The position numbers and the translations under genes are program-made. From Podarcis liolepis (lineage: Eukaryota): a stretch of 64,000 nt of DNA. A model generated the notes under the pieces. It made no database searches, was not told the DNA's origin, and worked only from the letters and a program-made list of their open reading frames with translations. Below, piece by piece: positions 47,150 through 59,400 of this stretch. The first letter of the stretch is position 1. Every line of letters starts with the position of its first letter. The stretch lies in assembly GCA_965112155.1 (NCBI GenBank), contig OZ218098.1. One strand, 5' to 3'.

Positions 47150-48831
47150 GTAAGTGGGGAATGGGGCCCCGTGGCCACCAGCGCCGGGTTACCGCTCGCC
47201 TGTCCCTCCCCTTTTCCCTTCACGAGGGTGTTGGACTCCGCGCCCAGGCGTCCCCGGTCCTGCCCTAGAGCGAGAGTTACGTGCCGGGCTCTTGTTCTCA
47301 GGCGCTCACACGAGGCGCGAGACGACACGCGCTCCGGCGACTGAGCTCACTCGAAAGGCTCGCGCCCTCTAGCGCCTTTTCTTTTTGGCCCCAGGCAATG
47401 TCGACACGTGGGGACCGCCAGTCTTCCTCCCCACATCCCCGATGGCGGGTTGGGGAAAGTTATATTTCTTTCTTACTACTTTTAGGTTTACGGAATGGGG
47501 GGTTGAGAGAAATTCATGGGGGCAGATCTGGGCGCAGCCCTTCATCAGGCTCAAGACAGAAAAAACGTGGTCATGTGAACGCCTGGCCTGGGGGGGGGGG
47601 AGTTCGTGGTGAAGCGTTCAATGACTGGTCTTCCATTCTTGTGCAGGTTTTATCTCGAAACATCAGACCCGTGTTAGGCGTTCACAGCCCAATGGTAGAC
47701 TCGCTCTGCTGGTGAACTAGTTCTATTCGTGGGTGGGCCAGTTAACGTGTTACATGTTGGCAAGCATTTTACCAGTGTCTCCATCTTGTCAGTTTTTTGA
47801 CTGCTAGTTTGATATAATCAGTTGTTTATTTTTATGCTACCGCTTGTCTGTTAATAAAGCGGTATTCTCTCAAAGCACGACCGGTTTTGTCATAGTCATC
47901 CCTTGGTCTGTTAGGTCATTACATCACACACACACCCTTTAGATAATTGCTGATGGTGTGACCTTGATTCCATTTGCTTATGCTAGCTGCAACATTTAGG
48001 GTTTTGAAACAGATGTAGTTAAGTATATTAATGGCCCAATCTCAGAGTTTGAAAAGGAGGTGATTCCTGACATGTGCTGCACTCTCTTTCCTAAATTATG
48101 TCATCTGTGCAAAGCAGCTGAAATAATATGCACCTTTGCTTCCTAGTCAGGTAACTCTTAACAGTTGTGGGTAGTGCAACTTGAAGACATTCCATTTTAT
48201 TACATTGACTGACATATTGCTTTATTTTGTCATATATTCCTAGTGCGTCATTTAGTAAAATGTATTTCTAAAAACCAAGGTTCCCTTCCTCTGCATTTTC
48301 TGCTGTCTTGGACTGTCCCAGTCATTGTCTGTGATGTGTTCAGGATTCAGGTTCTTGCAAGTCAACAGTTACACAGCTTTGCTCTGTTTACTGTTTTTGT
48401 ACAAGGATTTTTCCAGGTGGGTTGTGTGAAAGTCATTTCCCAAAGCTATAACAATGCTTCTCCACCTCATCTAGCATGTTTGTTTCTTACACATTTTATT
48501 TCAGTTTTAAGTACTAAACCTATTTTTTTTCTGTACAGTAGTCAGTGCCGACTTCCAAAACCTATGGGGATATATCTAATGGTGCCCCTCTATGAACAGA
48601 AGTGAGTCTTTCCATTCTCAGAAGGATATGTGAGTCAGCAGAGGCCTCTGCTAATGGAAGATAGAGACTATTTTCATTGATTTCCCCTAGTAGCCCCCCG
48701 CATCACCTTCTGTGCTGTTCCACCTTTCCATTAGCAGAGGCTGGATCAAAAACTCTTTCACAAATGGAAAGGCACTACTGTTGAATACAAGCCATAGTAT
48801 TTTAATCACCTTTTCTTTTATCATGGATAAC

Positions 48832-49000
48832 AGAATCATAGAATTGTAGAGTTAGAAGGAACCGTGAGGGGTCATGCCTGCAATGCAGGAATCTCAGCTA
48901 AAGCATCCATGACAGGTAGCCACCCAACCTATGCTTAAAAACCTCCAAGGAAGGAAAGTCCACCACCTCCCAAGGGAAACCATTCCACTGTTAAACAGCT
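48832..49000 (-). mobile_element. CR1 LINE 3' end fragment
   Basis: AGAATCATAGAATTGTAGAGTTAGAAGG is the reverse of the CR1 (ATTCTATG) terminal repeat. Confidence 0.65.
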
Positions 49001-51278
49001 TGCTGGATCAAGCCAACATGGTCCATCTAGTTCAGCGTCCTCTTTCCCACAGAGTCTAACCATTTACCTCTGAGAAATCCGGCTGCATGACATGAAGGCA
49101 AAGGCCCTCTTTTATTGTTCCCAGCATTCGGTATTCAGTATTCCTGAGTTTAGCAATGCTTCTGGTTAAGAAAATATGTGTGCCTATTTCTGGTTCATTG
49201 ATCGGTGTGCCTGACTTGTCTGCTTTGGGATTTAGTTTGCATACTTCTCTTGTGCAATAAGTGTAGTGCTACCACTGTTACTATTTTTTAACATTTAGCA
49301 TTTACATTACACCAGCAGTGTACTTAGTGCTAAGCAGAATAGGCAAAGGATAGTCCCTGTTCAAGATTTTACAGTCTACATTCCATGAAGGACACTTGGG
49401 TAGGGACGTGTACAAATAGTAAAGATGACCAAGAGGGGACTAGGAGATACTTGATGAAATACTTTATTGCAGAGGTGGATCCTGAGGAAAGACTCAAAAA
49501 GGGGGAAGTGTCTTGACACACTGAAAGGTGGAAGTTGTGTTTGGGTGTTACGAATTTCATGGCTAGAAGAAAGAGCATGAGTTAGAGTACTCTAAGGTAA
49601 AGAGAGGGGCTAAGGCAACTTCTGTGATGAAATAACCAAGTGGCCTTAGGCAAGCTGTGATTTCTTGGTCTCCCCATATCTGCAATATCGGGAAAATAAT
49701 ACTGTCCTATTTTACAAGATGACTGTGAGACATTTCATTAAGATAAGGTATGCAAAGTGTTTCAAAGCAACATAAGAACTTAACTACAAGTGAATTCATG
49801 ATCTGCTTTAGAGACTTCAGTATCCTTCTCCCAGGGATTTGGGCAAGAAACCTTAATGGTGTTTTAAGTAGCATTTGACAGGGTAAATAGTTGGAAGTAT
49901 GCACTACTAGTGTGGGGCTGATGCTGGAAAAGACAAGCAACTCAGGAGAGAGTTACAGGAGTGATATGATCATAGGGAGATGAAATGGGAAAGGTGGCAA
50001 GGCAACTCAGGACCAGATAGCTACTTGTTCTTAATGACATACAGATATAGGTTTGTATTTGGTATAAAAATGCCCAGACAGGTGAGTGTTCTTTTACTAT
50101 CAACTGGGGTGATGGAAAATGCAATCCATCTTCAAAATTCATTTGTCTGTTACCCAGTACCCTGCCTTGTACAGTTACATTGTGCACTCTTATTAAATTA
50201 TAGATGACTAGGCAAGTTGGGACACGTTAATAATTTCAGATATATACTTTTCAATATTATTGTGAAGCAGCTTTCCATATATTTTATTAGCTTGTTGTTG
50301 GAAGCCATTGCAACAAATGGAAATCCCTGGTTTTCTTGCTATGTTTTAGGAAAACTCGCTCATATTCACTGCTTCTGCATCTAGCGTTTCCACCTTAACA
50401 GTTTCTCCCATCTTCCTATTAGTAGCATAACCCACTCATAAATGACATTCTCAAATATATTTCCTCCTTCTCTCCTCCATTTCATTGGTCAGGACTCAAA
50501 CAAGCAATTCTAAGCAAAATCCCATTACAGGCTTTTAATGTTCTGGTGGCCTGATGGTGAGCTTTTGCCATTGCTTTTAAACTAGAGTGAAAAGCACAAC
50601 ACTCCTACAAATCTTTAGTACAGTTATAACAGAAGAGGGAACCTTTGGAGTAGCATTTGTAGTGGTAGTTCATTGGATGGAGGCAATAGAAGGAATTAAT
50701 GCATCCTTATGCTGGTTTTGAACACCGGAGGCGGGGGGGGGGAATGCTGGTAGCGCTCTTACTAATCATATTTAGATTTTGAAGAGCCAGCAGCTGCTAA
50801 TTGTGCAACTCTTCTTAGAAGAGCTTTCGGACCAGTAGGCAGTTCTGAGAACTACTATGGTGAGAGTACTCCTTGGAGAGCTCTTTGCTGTGAATAATAA
50901 ATGGGAATTGAAGTTTTATTTCTCTCGTAAATCAAGCTGGACTTGATTCGCTTGATTCGAGTACCTCTATTATGATCAAGGGAGTGGTGTGCCACCCATG
51001 TGCGAGACTGAGGCAAGAACTGTGCTTTCAAGAAAAGAAGAAAGGTGGTTGTGTGCCAAATTCAGCAGCTGTTGTTCAAATCCTGTTTGTAAGTAACAAG
51101 TGAAACTTTCCGGGGTTGCCATGGTATGCATGGCATACTATTTCACATAATCGTTCTGCGGCATACTGTAGATGTTGTTTGGCAGTGGGTCATATTTGCA
51201 TCAGCACTATAGCTAATCTCTTTTAAAAGCCCAGTTAAGAGGTGTGTGGAAGAAAGTGCTGTTGAGAGCATCCTGGTA

Positions 51279-51559
51279 CAGTGGTACCTCGCAAGACGAA
51301 TGCCTCGCAAGACGAAAAACGCGCAAGATGAAAGAGTTTTCCGTTTTTTGAGTCGTTCCGCAAGACGAATTTCCCTATGGGCTTGCTTCGCAAGACGAAA
51401 CATCTTGCGAGTTCTTGCGAGTTTGTTTCCTTTTTCTTAAAGCCACTAAGCCCCGTTAATAGCTGCTAATCCGCTAATAACCGTGCTTCGCAAGACAAAA
51501 AAACCGCAAGACGAAGAGACTCGCGGAACGGATTAATTTTGTCTTGCGAGGCACCACTG
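51279..51559. mobile_element. Tigger/mariner-like MITE with reiterated CGCAAGACGAA motifs
   Basis: TA TSDs; TIRs CAGTGGTACCTCGCAAGAC / GTCTTGCGAGGCACCACTG. Confidence 0.87.
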
Positions 51560-51836
51560 TATATTGCTCCTGACCCATAATAATATTGAAGACAGGGAGA
51601 TGCTCAGATATCTTGATAGGATTCTATGCTTTTGATGTTCCAAAATTATTTATGCAGATTGCAAACTGATTAGGTGATGAGAGAGGAAGGAGGAGGTGGT
51701 ATGGCGTTTGATTCAAAGTTTGAAACAACACACTTACCTAGGAGCAAGCCCTGTATGTATAAAAGCTTGTTCTGTATATTTTTTTTAGGGTGCACTTTTT
51801 TGTCTTGATGCCCTTTTTCAAGGTGGTTTAAATTAA

Positions 51837-51867
<31 letters not shown>

Positions 51868-54800
51868 ATATTCCACACTTCTTCCCAAAGGAGCTTAGGA
51901 TGCCAAACAACAAGTGATAAAACAATAAAAATAATTCCAGTATGGATTCAGACAGCAAAATATCTCAATTCAAAAGGCTGGTTGAAAGAGGAAGGTCTTG
52001 AGTGGGCATCCAAAAGACAACAGAGACAGCTCCTGTCTGATATTCAAGGGGAGGGAATTCCTAAGGATAAGTGTCACTGCACTAAAGACCTCCTGATAAG
52101 ATGGTATTTGCAGGAGGCCCTCCCTTGCAGAGTACAGTGATCATTTGGGTACATAAGAGAGGTAAGATGATATTTCAGGTATCCTGCTCTTAAGACAGTT
52201 GCTTGCCTTTTAATGTCGCATCAAAAATTATCACTTGAAGTGGACCATTTCCCTTCACCATAGGGCGTGTCCTTCATGGATCTATTTTGATTGAATTTTT
52301 AACTAGGTTGGATGAGCCTCCTATGGAAGATCTATATAGGAATGGATCTGGAGAGGGGATAGATGGGCCCTGAATAATTTTATGTGTTTGAAATTGTATA
52401 ATCTCATTTCTCTGCTTTTTCTGTTTTTGGTCTCTCTACCTTGAGGATTAATCAGCCTTCAGAACTTGCCTGAGGAACAGTATCTGGTGGATATCAAGCA
52501 ACACGTTTACAAAATGAAATTCTATCTTGCCAAGTGCTAGTAACTCAGTGTAGTCTTTGTTTTTCCCCTAATCTGTGTGTAGGGCTTAGATGTCACTACA
52601 GATTGGAGATTGTTGTTGGGTGTCGACTTTGTAATCCAATACAGTACATGCAGTGTATCAAGTGCTGCCTTCTGAACTGGAACACACCATCAGAGCTGTA
52701 TCAGCAATTCATGGGAGGGAGGATGGATGTGCATTGGACATAAGGTCCTTTTGCAATGAGTAACAGTATCACTTCCCACCTCTTGGTTCTCAAGTACACT
52801 AACCTTTGATAAACTTTATGATTTTAGGAAAGGAAGGGGGGGGAGGTTCTAGGATGGCCCTGCAGGGTGGTGCTTTTGATGTGACAGCTCACCTGAAAGA
52901 GGGCAGGAGTTGTGCGTCACACTTCAGCATGTAGCCTGAATGGTAGACAAAGTCCTGTTCTAGAATGTTATGGATGTTGACAGTTCTTTTGGCAGAGAGG
53001 CAGTTTGCTTTGAGATAGCATAGAAGCTTGTTGTCAGAACAAAGGTCAGTGCTGTCCGTTGGCTCTGTACTGGTGTTAGGAGCAAAACATAATAACGGTG
53101 AAGTGAAACTTCAGGGACAACAATATTTTTGTGAGAGAAGTCAACTGCTAAGAGCCCAAAGTATGTCCAGCCAAAAGAATGTTTTTTAATCAAGTTAGAG
53201 ACCAGATGTCTGGTATAAATCCTTTTCAGGCTGTCTAGAGGACCATGCAACACCACGCCTGCATCCTAGTACACTGGAGTTCCACACTACTGCCAATTCT
53301 GTGAGCTGCTACTGGTTGTACAAGGTCAGCACTGTCCCCAAATAACCTAAAGGGCTTATCACATGAGCAGTCTACTCTAGGGTGGCATGTCTTTATAGCT
53401 GAGCAAGTTCCCTTCTGATTGAGGGTATATTAGATCCACTTATTTTGTCGTCTAATGCATTAAATACCAGCCATTTTACCAGGAAATGGGTGTGAATACA
53501 CCTAGGTGTTGTAGGCGTTTTAGTTTCTTTCATATGTATGCTGTGACATTTTTCTTCCTCTCCCTGCCTTCAAATCCACTAGCATCTGTTTAACAAGATT
53601 GCCTGATAAGCATCCTAGCACAAAAGGTGAAAGGGGCATATTCAGCATGTTGAGGGAAGCCTCATTGCTAATCCCCTGCTAGTCAGGTTGCTGGATAAAA
53701 TGGGTGAATGTTATTTTAGAGCCAGGATTGGACTGTGCTTTGCTTGTGCCCCTGCTGCCTCTCTTGGCTCTTTGTACAAGGGACTGTTTGATTGAAACCT
53801 AGACTGAATTCTTTCAGCACTGCCTTGATGAGTCAGCAGGCATGTGCTGTGAAGAAACAGCCAGCCTCCAGTAGGAACCTAGCAATTTAAATGTCAGATT
53901 TTCTTTGGGTAGGAAAGCTGATTCCCAATATATACCATGTAATGAAAAGGGCAAGGGCAAAGTAATCCATTTAACCTCAGAACATAGGTTAGCAAACACC
54001 CCTAACACTAGTTCTGAATATTTTCAGGAATGCTTTCTAGCATGAAGTTTATCACTGGTTCAATACCCCTTTGGCTATCAAAATGTCACCTTGCTGCTTA
54101 TCAGCACCCCATGTCATCCTCTGCAAAATGTAGCTTGATTTTGTAGACATGCCTGTTTTTCAAACTATGCATGTGCTCTTGTTCCAACTGCTTGCTCTGT
54201 ATTCTGGCAAGACGGGTGGAGGACAAAATTGCTTAGAAAAATGACTGAATTATCTGCTCATTATCCTTTTTGGGAACCAAACTCTGAACCTTGGGACTTC
54301 CATTCCCAAGCTCTTCCGCAACAGCTCCAGAAGGATTTGTTGCCTGGCTGGGTAACCAAGTGAAGAACCTATAGTGCTGGAGCTAGGTATAATAAACAAA
54401 GTTCTGCTGTTGTGTCTAGTTCTGTTCTTGGTTCTAGGCTTTCTGTGGTATAAGATGTAAAAGAACTGGTGGATGGAAGAATCCTGCATGAGAATAAGAA
54501 ACCCCAAGGTGCAAGCAGGAATACTGAGCAATTATTGCTAGCTTATTTGCATTATAAACAAGTGTTTATGTTGTTAACCTCATTCCCCTCCCATCCCCTT
54601 GCGCAGGAGAAAAAGCTCTTTTCTGGCTGTCCTTCCCTGTAGCACAAGCCTTCCTGGTGGTTTAACAACAACAATATAATATAATATGCCGTCCATCTGA
54701 CTGGGTTGCCCCAGCCACTCTGGGTGGCTTCCAGCAGCACACACATAAAGTAAAACATCAAACATTAAAAATTTCCCTATACAGGGCTGCCTTCAGATGT

Positions 54801-55035
54801 CTTCTGAAAAATAATAATACAGGTCCTTTGTATGCTGTAATCTGGTCTTTTTCTCAGCCTTGATGGCACTGTCTTTCATTAGTCATCTTACCAACGACAA
54901 CAGAGATTGACTGGAGTGCTTCCTTGGGGCCTCGTAAAGTTCACATGTGTGTTTCTTTCAGGCTGGTCATGGTGAAGATGCCGCTCTGACTCCGGTTCAC
55001 CAGCTGTACTCACTGAGAGTGTGGGATGGCTCTAC

Positions 55036-56429
55036 ATGGCCTCTGTAGGGCCAGAAGCCTATAGCCTTGGCCTCAAGAGGGGAAACCAGTTCCAGGTGGG
55101 CATTGCACCAGGGCTGACGGTGCCGCCACTCACAGCAAAGTTTCGCGAGAGTAAGGCCTGGTACCTTGCTAAGCAGCAGGTGAAGCCCATTTGGCAGCTG
55201 GAACAGAAACATGTGACCAATTTTCAGGACCTCCAATCGGTCCACTCAGGGATTTCTTCCCAGCGTCCCCGCCTCTTGTACCCAGAGTCATTATGTAGTG
55301 ATACAGCGTTCCTGACTTCACCTCCACCTTTGCCCCACGCTCTTCCAAACTTCCTTGGAAGCACCTTGCTCTACCGACGTTCTTACTTCAGACACAAGCC
55401 TTATCGGAGGCTTGAGTCCATCTGTTTGCAGCCAACTTCTTTGGAGAAGAAACCTCTTTGTGCTCCGCTCCCTGCCTATCGCTCTGTTCTCAACAATACC
55501 ATGACATCCTCCGCCATAGACCCATTCTTTATGCCGAATACTGCTGCTGACTGTTCCAATCCAGTGTCAAAGGGGTTCCCCCTAAGCTCAGGGAAGCAAA
55601 ACTCCAATTCATACAGGCCAGTGCTAAACAATAACTCTTTCCTTCGGCCAACTAGTGCAAAAGTGCCTTTGCAGCAGCAATACCACCAACCGCTGCCACC
55701 AGAAAATAAGAAGCTAAAAGGCTTGTCAAGACCTATTGGCTTCTCTTGGACCCACTCTGGTGGAAATGGAGATGGCGCTCCTGCGAACCTTGAAAGAAAG
55801 CTTGGGAAAAACAGTGGCATAACTCTTGAGCAACCCAGTGCCAAATCTCCTCGCTCGGCCATTCACAATGGCGTGGTTCTCAAAGTGGAACGGCCCTCCT
55901 GGCGACTTGAAGATGGTGAGAACAGGTCTCAGAACCTGAAAGAGCAAGATGTGCGGTTGACGGAAGCTATGCGGAAGCTGACTGCAAATGGGATCCGGAA
56001 GGTTAGCACCTACAACGAATTTGGTCACCGCATTGACAGCTCTTGCCTTATGAATGCAAACTTCCACTCCAGTCTTTTCAATCGATGGAAGCCACACATA
56101 GTAGCACAGATCACCCCAAAGGACGTACCAGCTGCCACCTCCCCAAATCTGGAGCCTGGTAGCCGCCACCAGAGCCTTATGGTCACAGAAGCTGCCGATG
56201 TCTGCACTAAACGCATCGATGTTCGTTTCTTAGCCTCAAATCCTGAACCTTCCAACCACTGCGCCTTGAGTCAGACTGTCAATCACACCTCTGTAAACGC
56301 TGGAGAACAAGTGGTAAAAACAGAGCTGTCCCCACGGACTACAGTCTCTGAGGTAGAAACCAAAATTTCCTCTCTTCAGTTAGGCACGGATACAAAATGG
56401 GGGAGCCCTGTTACTGTGAAAGAGACCGA
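55036..56429 (+). CDS. TTLL4: TTLL4 large first coding exon (N-terminal low-complexity region)
   Basis: Acceptor at 54961, ATG 55036, donor gtaagt at 56430. Confidence 0.9.
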
Positions 56430-59400
56430 GTAAGTACTCTGGCAAATATGTCTGTTGGGGTGGGTTAGTGTTTCCCTTTCAGTACTCTTTGTGGCAATAA
56501 TTGCCAACCTGTAGCCCTCCAAGTGTTGCTGGATTACACTTCCCATAATCCCTGAATCATTGGCCATGCTGTCTGTCGAGCTGGGCGATATCAGCTTTTC
56601 AACAGTGCAGTATATCATCAGCCAAACATCGCAATCTGGTGATATACCGCATTGTTGAAAAAACAAGCTTCATTGGCCTCAGCCAGTGAGGCACCAGGTG
56701 AAACTGCCACATCTCTCACTGTGGGAACTGAGGCGGTTTCACCCTAGTGCCTAGCGGGCTAGGACAACACAGCTTGTTTGCACGGCTCAGCTGGGGTGCG
56801 GGAAGGCTCCCAATCCCCAGCAGTGCCCCCCCCCCCGCTTGTGTGGGAGCCAGCAACGGGCTGGGGGATCCTTTAACTGCTCGGCTGAGCAGAGCGGCAA
56901 CCACACATGCCTCAGCTGAGCAGTTCAAAGATGCAGAGGGAGGAAAAAGTTGTATTGAAGCCTTGCCAATGAAGCTTGTTTCTCCCTTTGCACAATATGA
57001 GGGCAGAGTGGGTATATCACTGGTGAAACCGCTGCTGCTCCTGAGTCTCTCTGCTGGCAGTGCCTGCAGGAAGGAGTCAAGAATCTTGACTTCCTCCAGC
57101 GAGTGTTACTAGCAGAGGGACTCAGGAGCAATGGCAGTTTCACCAGCGATATACCGCTGAGTATATACCGCTGAGACTTTGCGGTCTGCTCCTCATACTG
57201 GCCCTGGGCGATATATTGATATGTCGCCCAGGCCTAGCTGACTGGGGCTGATGGGTGTTGGAGTCCAACAGCATCTGGAGGTTAATCACCCTTTTCTTAT
57301 GATAAGGACTGTGTTTGATATAGTAGAATACACTAAAGAACTTAGTAGCAAAGTGTTCCTATGATGTAAGCATATTTATGCTTGGTCATCAATCGGTGTT
57401 TGATATGCCTTGGATGGTTTTGCAGCCTTCACTTCCTCCAAAACGTCTCTCAGATCAGATGACAATTCTGCTTTACCACTGGTAGCCCATTGTTTTGACA
57501 AGTGTGCCACAAGTCAAGTCCAAAATTTGCCACTTGAACTATTCCTCCCTTTCTCTCCGCACCACTTCTATCACTAACATGGGTTAATGTTTATAATAGT
57601 TATTTGGGATATCTTGCCTTGTCTGTGATTTCTTGGTCTGTTGTTGGGTGTAGAGATCTTTTTGCTTTGCTAACTGAGAGGAGTTACAGAGCTTCACTTT
57701 AGGGCTGTAACCCTTTTTGTTGTAGAGCTGCAGTCAACCTCCCCCTGCTGGACCAAGCGGAGGTGGAAGATGTAGAGGAAGAGCTCCCGGATGGCTTGGA
57801 AGATGCCTGCAGTCAGGATGAGGAGGGAGAAGAGGAGGATGGGGAAGGTCAGCAGTCACATTTATTTCCTCTCTTCAAAGTACAAACAAGACTACTCACC
57901 ACACATAAAAAAGGGTTTTCATCCACTGATTATTCTGTTAATACAAATATACTAATTACTGTCATTTCAAAGCATAGCTTGAATCTAGTAAAAAGCTAAA
58001 ACAATTCCTACTATAGTTGTCCATGCTTACTATTAGGGCATGGATATATTGCAAACCACTCTATAATATCAAGAGAGAAAGAACTGTATTGCAACAAATA
58101 AAATTGCTAGCTTGAATACTATAATTTGCCTTGTGGGCACTTTCAGCCTATGCACTTTCTATACTTGTAAAACTTGTTTTGAGTGATATTTAGTTAACCG
58201 CTATTGTAGGCAGAGCAACAGTCTGATCTCCATTTACATTTTACTGGTGTATTCTATTAAGCATTCAGTTAATTATTTTCTGGTTACCCAGAGACAAACT
58301 TTTTAAATCTACTGTCTTGAAACAGTTCAGAGTAAGATAATTTTACCATTGAATGTACAAGGCCTGACAATATTTCTAGATCATAAACAGCAGTAATAGC
58401 ATTCAGTACTGAGGCAGAGCAACACTAATTCACTGCTGCTGGAAGGGCTTCTGTATCCTATGCAACCCAGCCAGAAAGGGGGGGGTATAAATAAAACAAT
58501 AAGTTGTTGTTGTTGTTACTACTACTACTACTACTACTACTCAGTCTGAGAAGGGAGAGCCCAACATACAGATATGTGTGATGCTTACAGCTGTGCCCCA
58601 GTTTAGCTGTTCCACCAACAAATCTGTCGTGGTGGTGGCATATCTTGAATTCTGCAGGCATGATATAGCTTTTGTCAAATCCCATTGCCCCTCAGCTAGC
58701 AGATCTTAACTACAGGACTTCATCTTCAATATTCCTGCTAGGAATGTTCTGATCAAACCCAGTAAATACTTGTGTGTGGATTTATTATAATTGTTGCTGT
58801 CTTGCTACGGTTTGGGACAATGCTACTCACCCTGAGTATTGACCCATTCTGTCCCCTACCCCTAATCTTCTTGCATGAGAGTTTGGAAGAAAGCTGCACT
58901 TAGGGTGATTACTGTGGTTCTTGCTAACATTGTGATGTAGCAGCCTGACATTTTCAGCTGCGTTTTAGTTCAGCCATTTTATTGCTTTAGTATATTGCAC
59001 TGTGGTTCAACACTCTTATGATATCCTTTTGTAAATAGAAGGCAAACTTTAACTTATGGGGAGTGACATAGGGAATGATATTCTATCCTCTTCTAACCTT
59101 ACCATGGGGTCCTTTATTACGGTGTACAAATAAGGAAATTGATGGCTGTGTGGAAGAGCAGGCAAATAATGGATATTCTCTCATTGTCAAGATCCGGGGT
59201 CTGATTTGAGGTCATTGTGCAGAAACTATGGTGCCCTTTAAATGTAGCTGCACGGGGGCACTTACCAGTAAGCGGCTCCTTTGCTGCTGGGAAAATTCTG
59301 AAATTACGTAAACAAGAGAGGTGGTTTGTTCTTCCAGTCGCGTAACAGTTGCTTGTGGATTAAGTTCAGCTATCTGAGAGAATGTCTAAAAGAGGTTGAA

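Larger units (their letters stand above)
46180..47720. promoter_or_regulatory. Bidirectional CpG-island promoter shared by ZFAND2B (-) and TTLL4 (+)
   Basis: CpG-rich. ETS CACTTCCG ~46686 and CCGGAAGTG 47072-47080; full CRE TGACGTCA 46707-46714; GC boxes 46787-46804; ZNF143-type TGTTGGGAAATGTAGT 46839-46854; splice donor CCG|GTAAGT at 47149/47150. Confidence 0.8.

Noticed and set aside
51279-51559. Regularly recurring CGCAAGACGAA motifs resembling a CRISPR-like array
   Set aside because: Vertebrate DNA; the motifs are short, irregularly spaced, in both orientations and bounded by TIRs with TA TSDs, i.e. MITE subterminal repeats.
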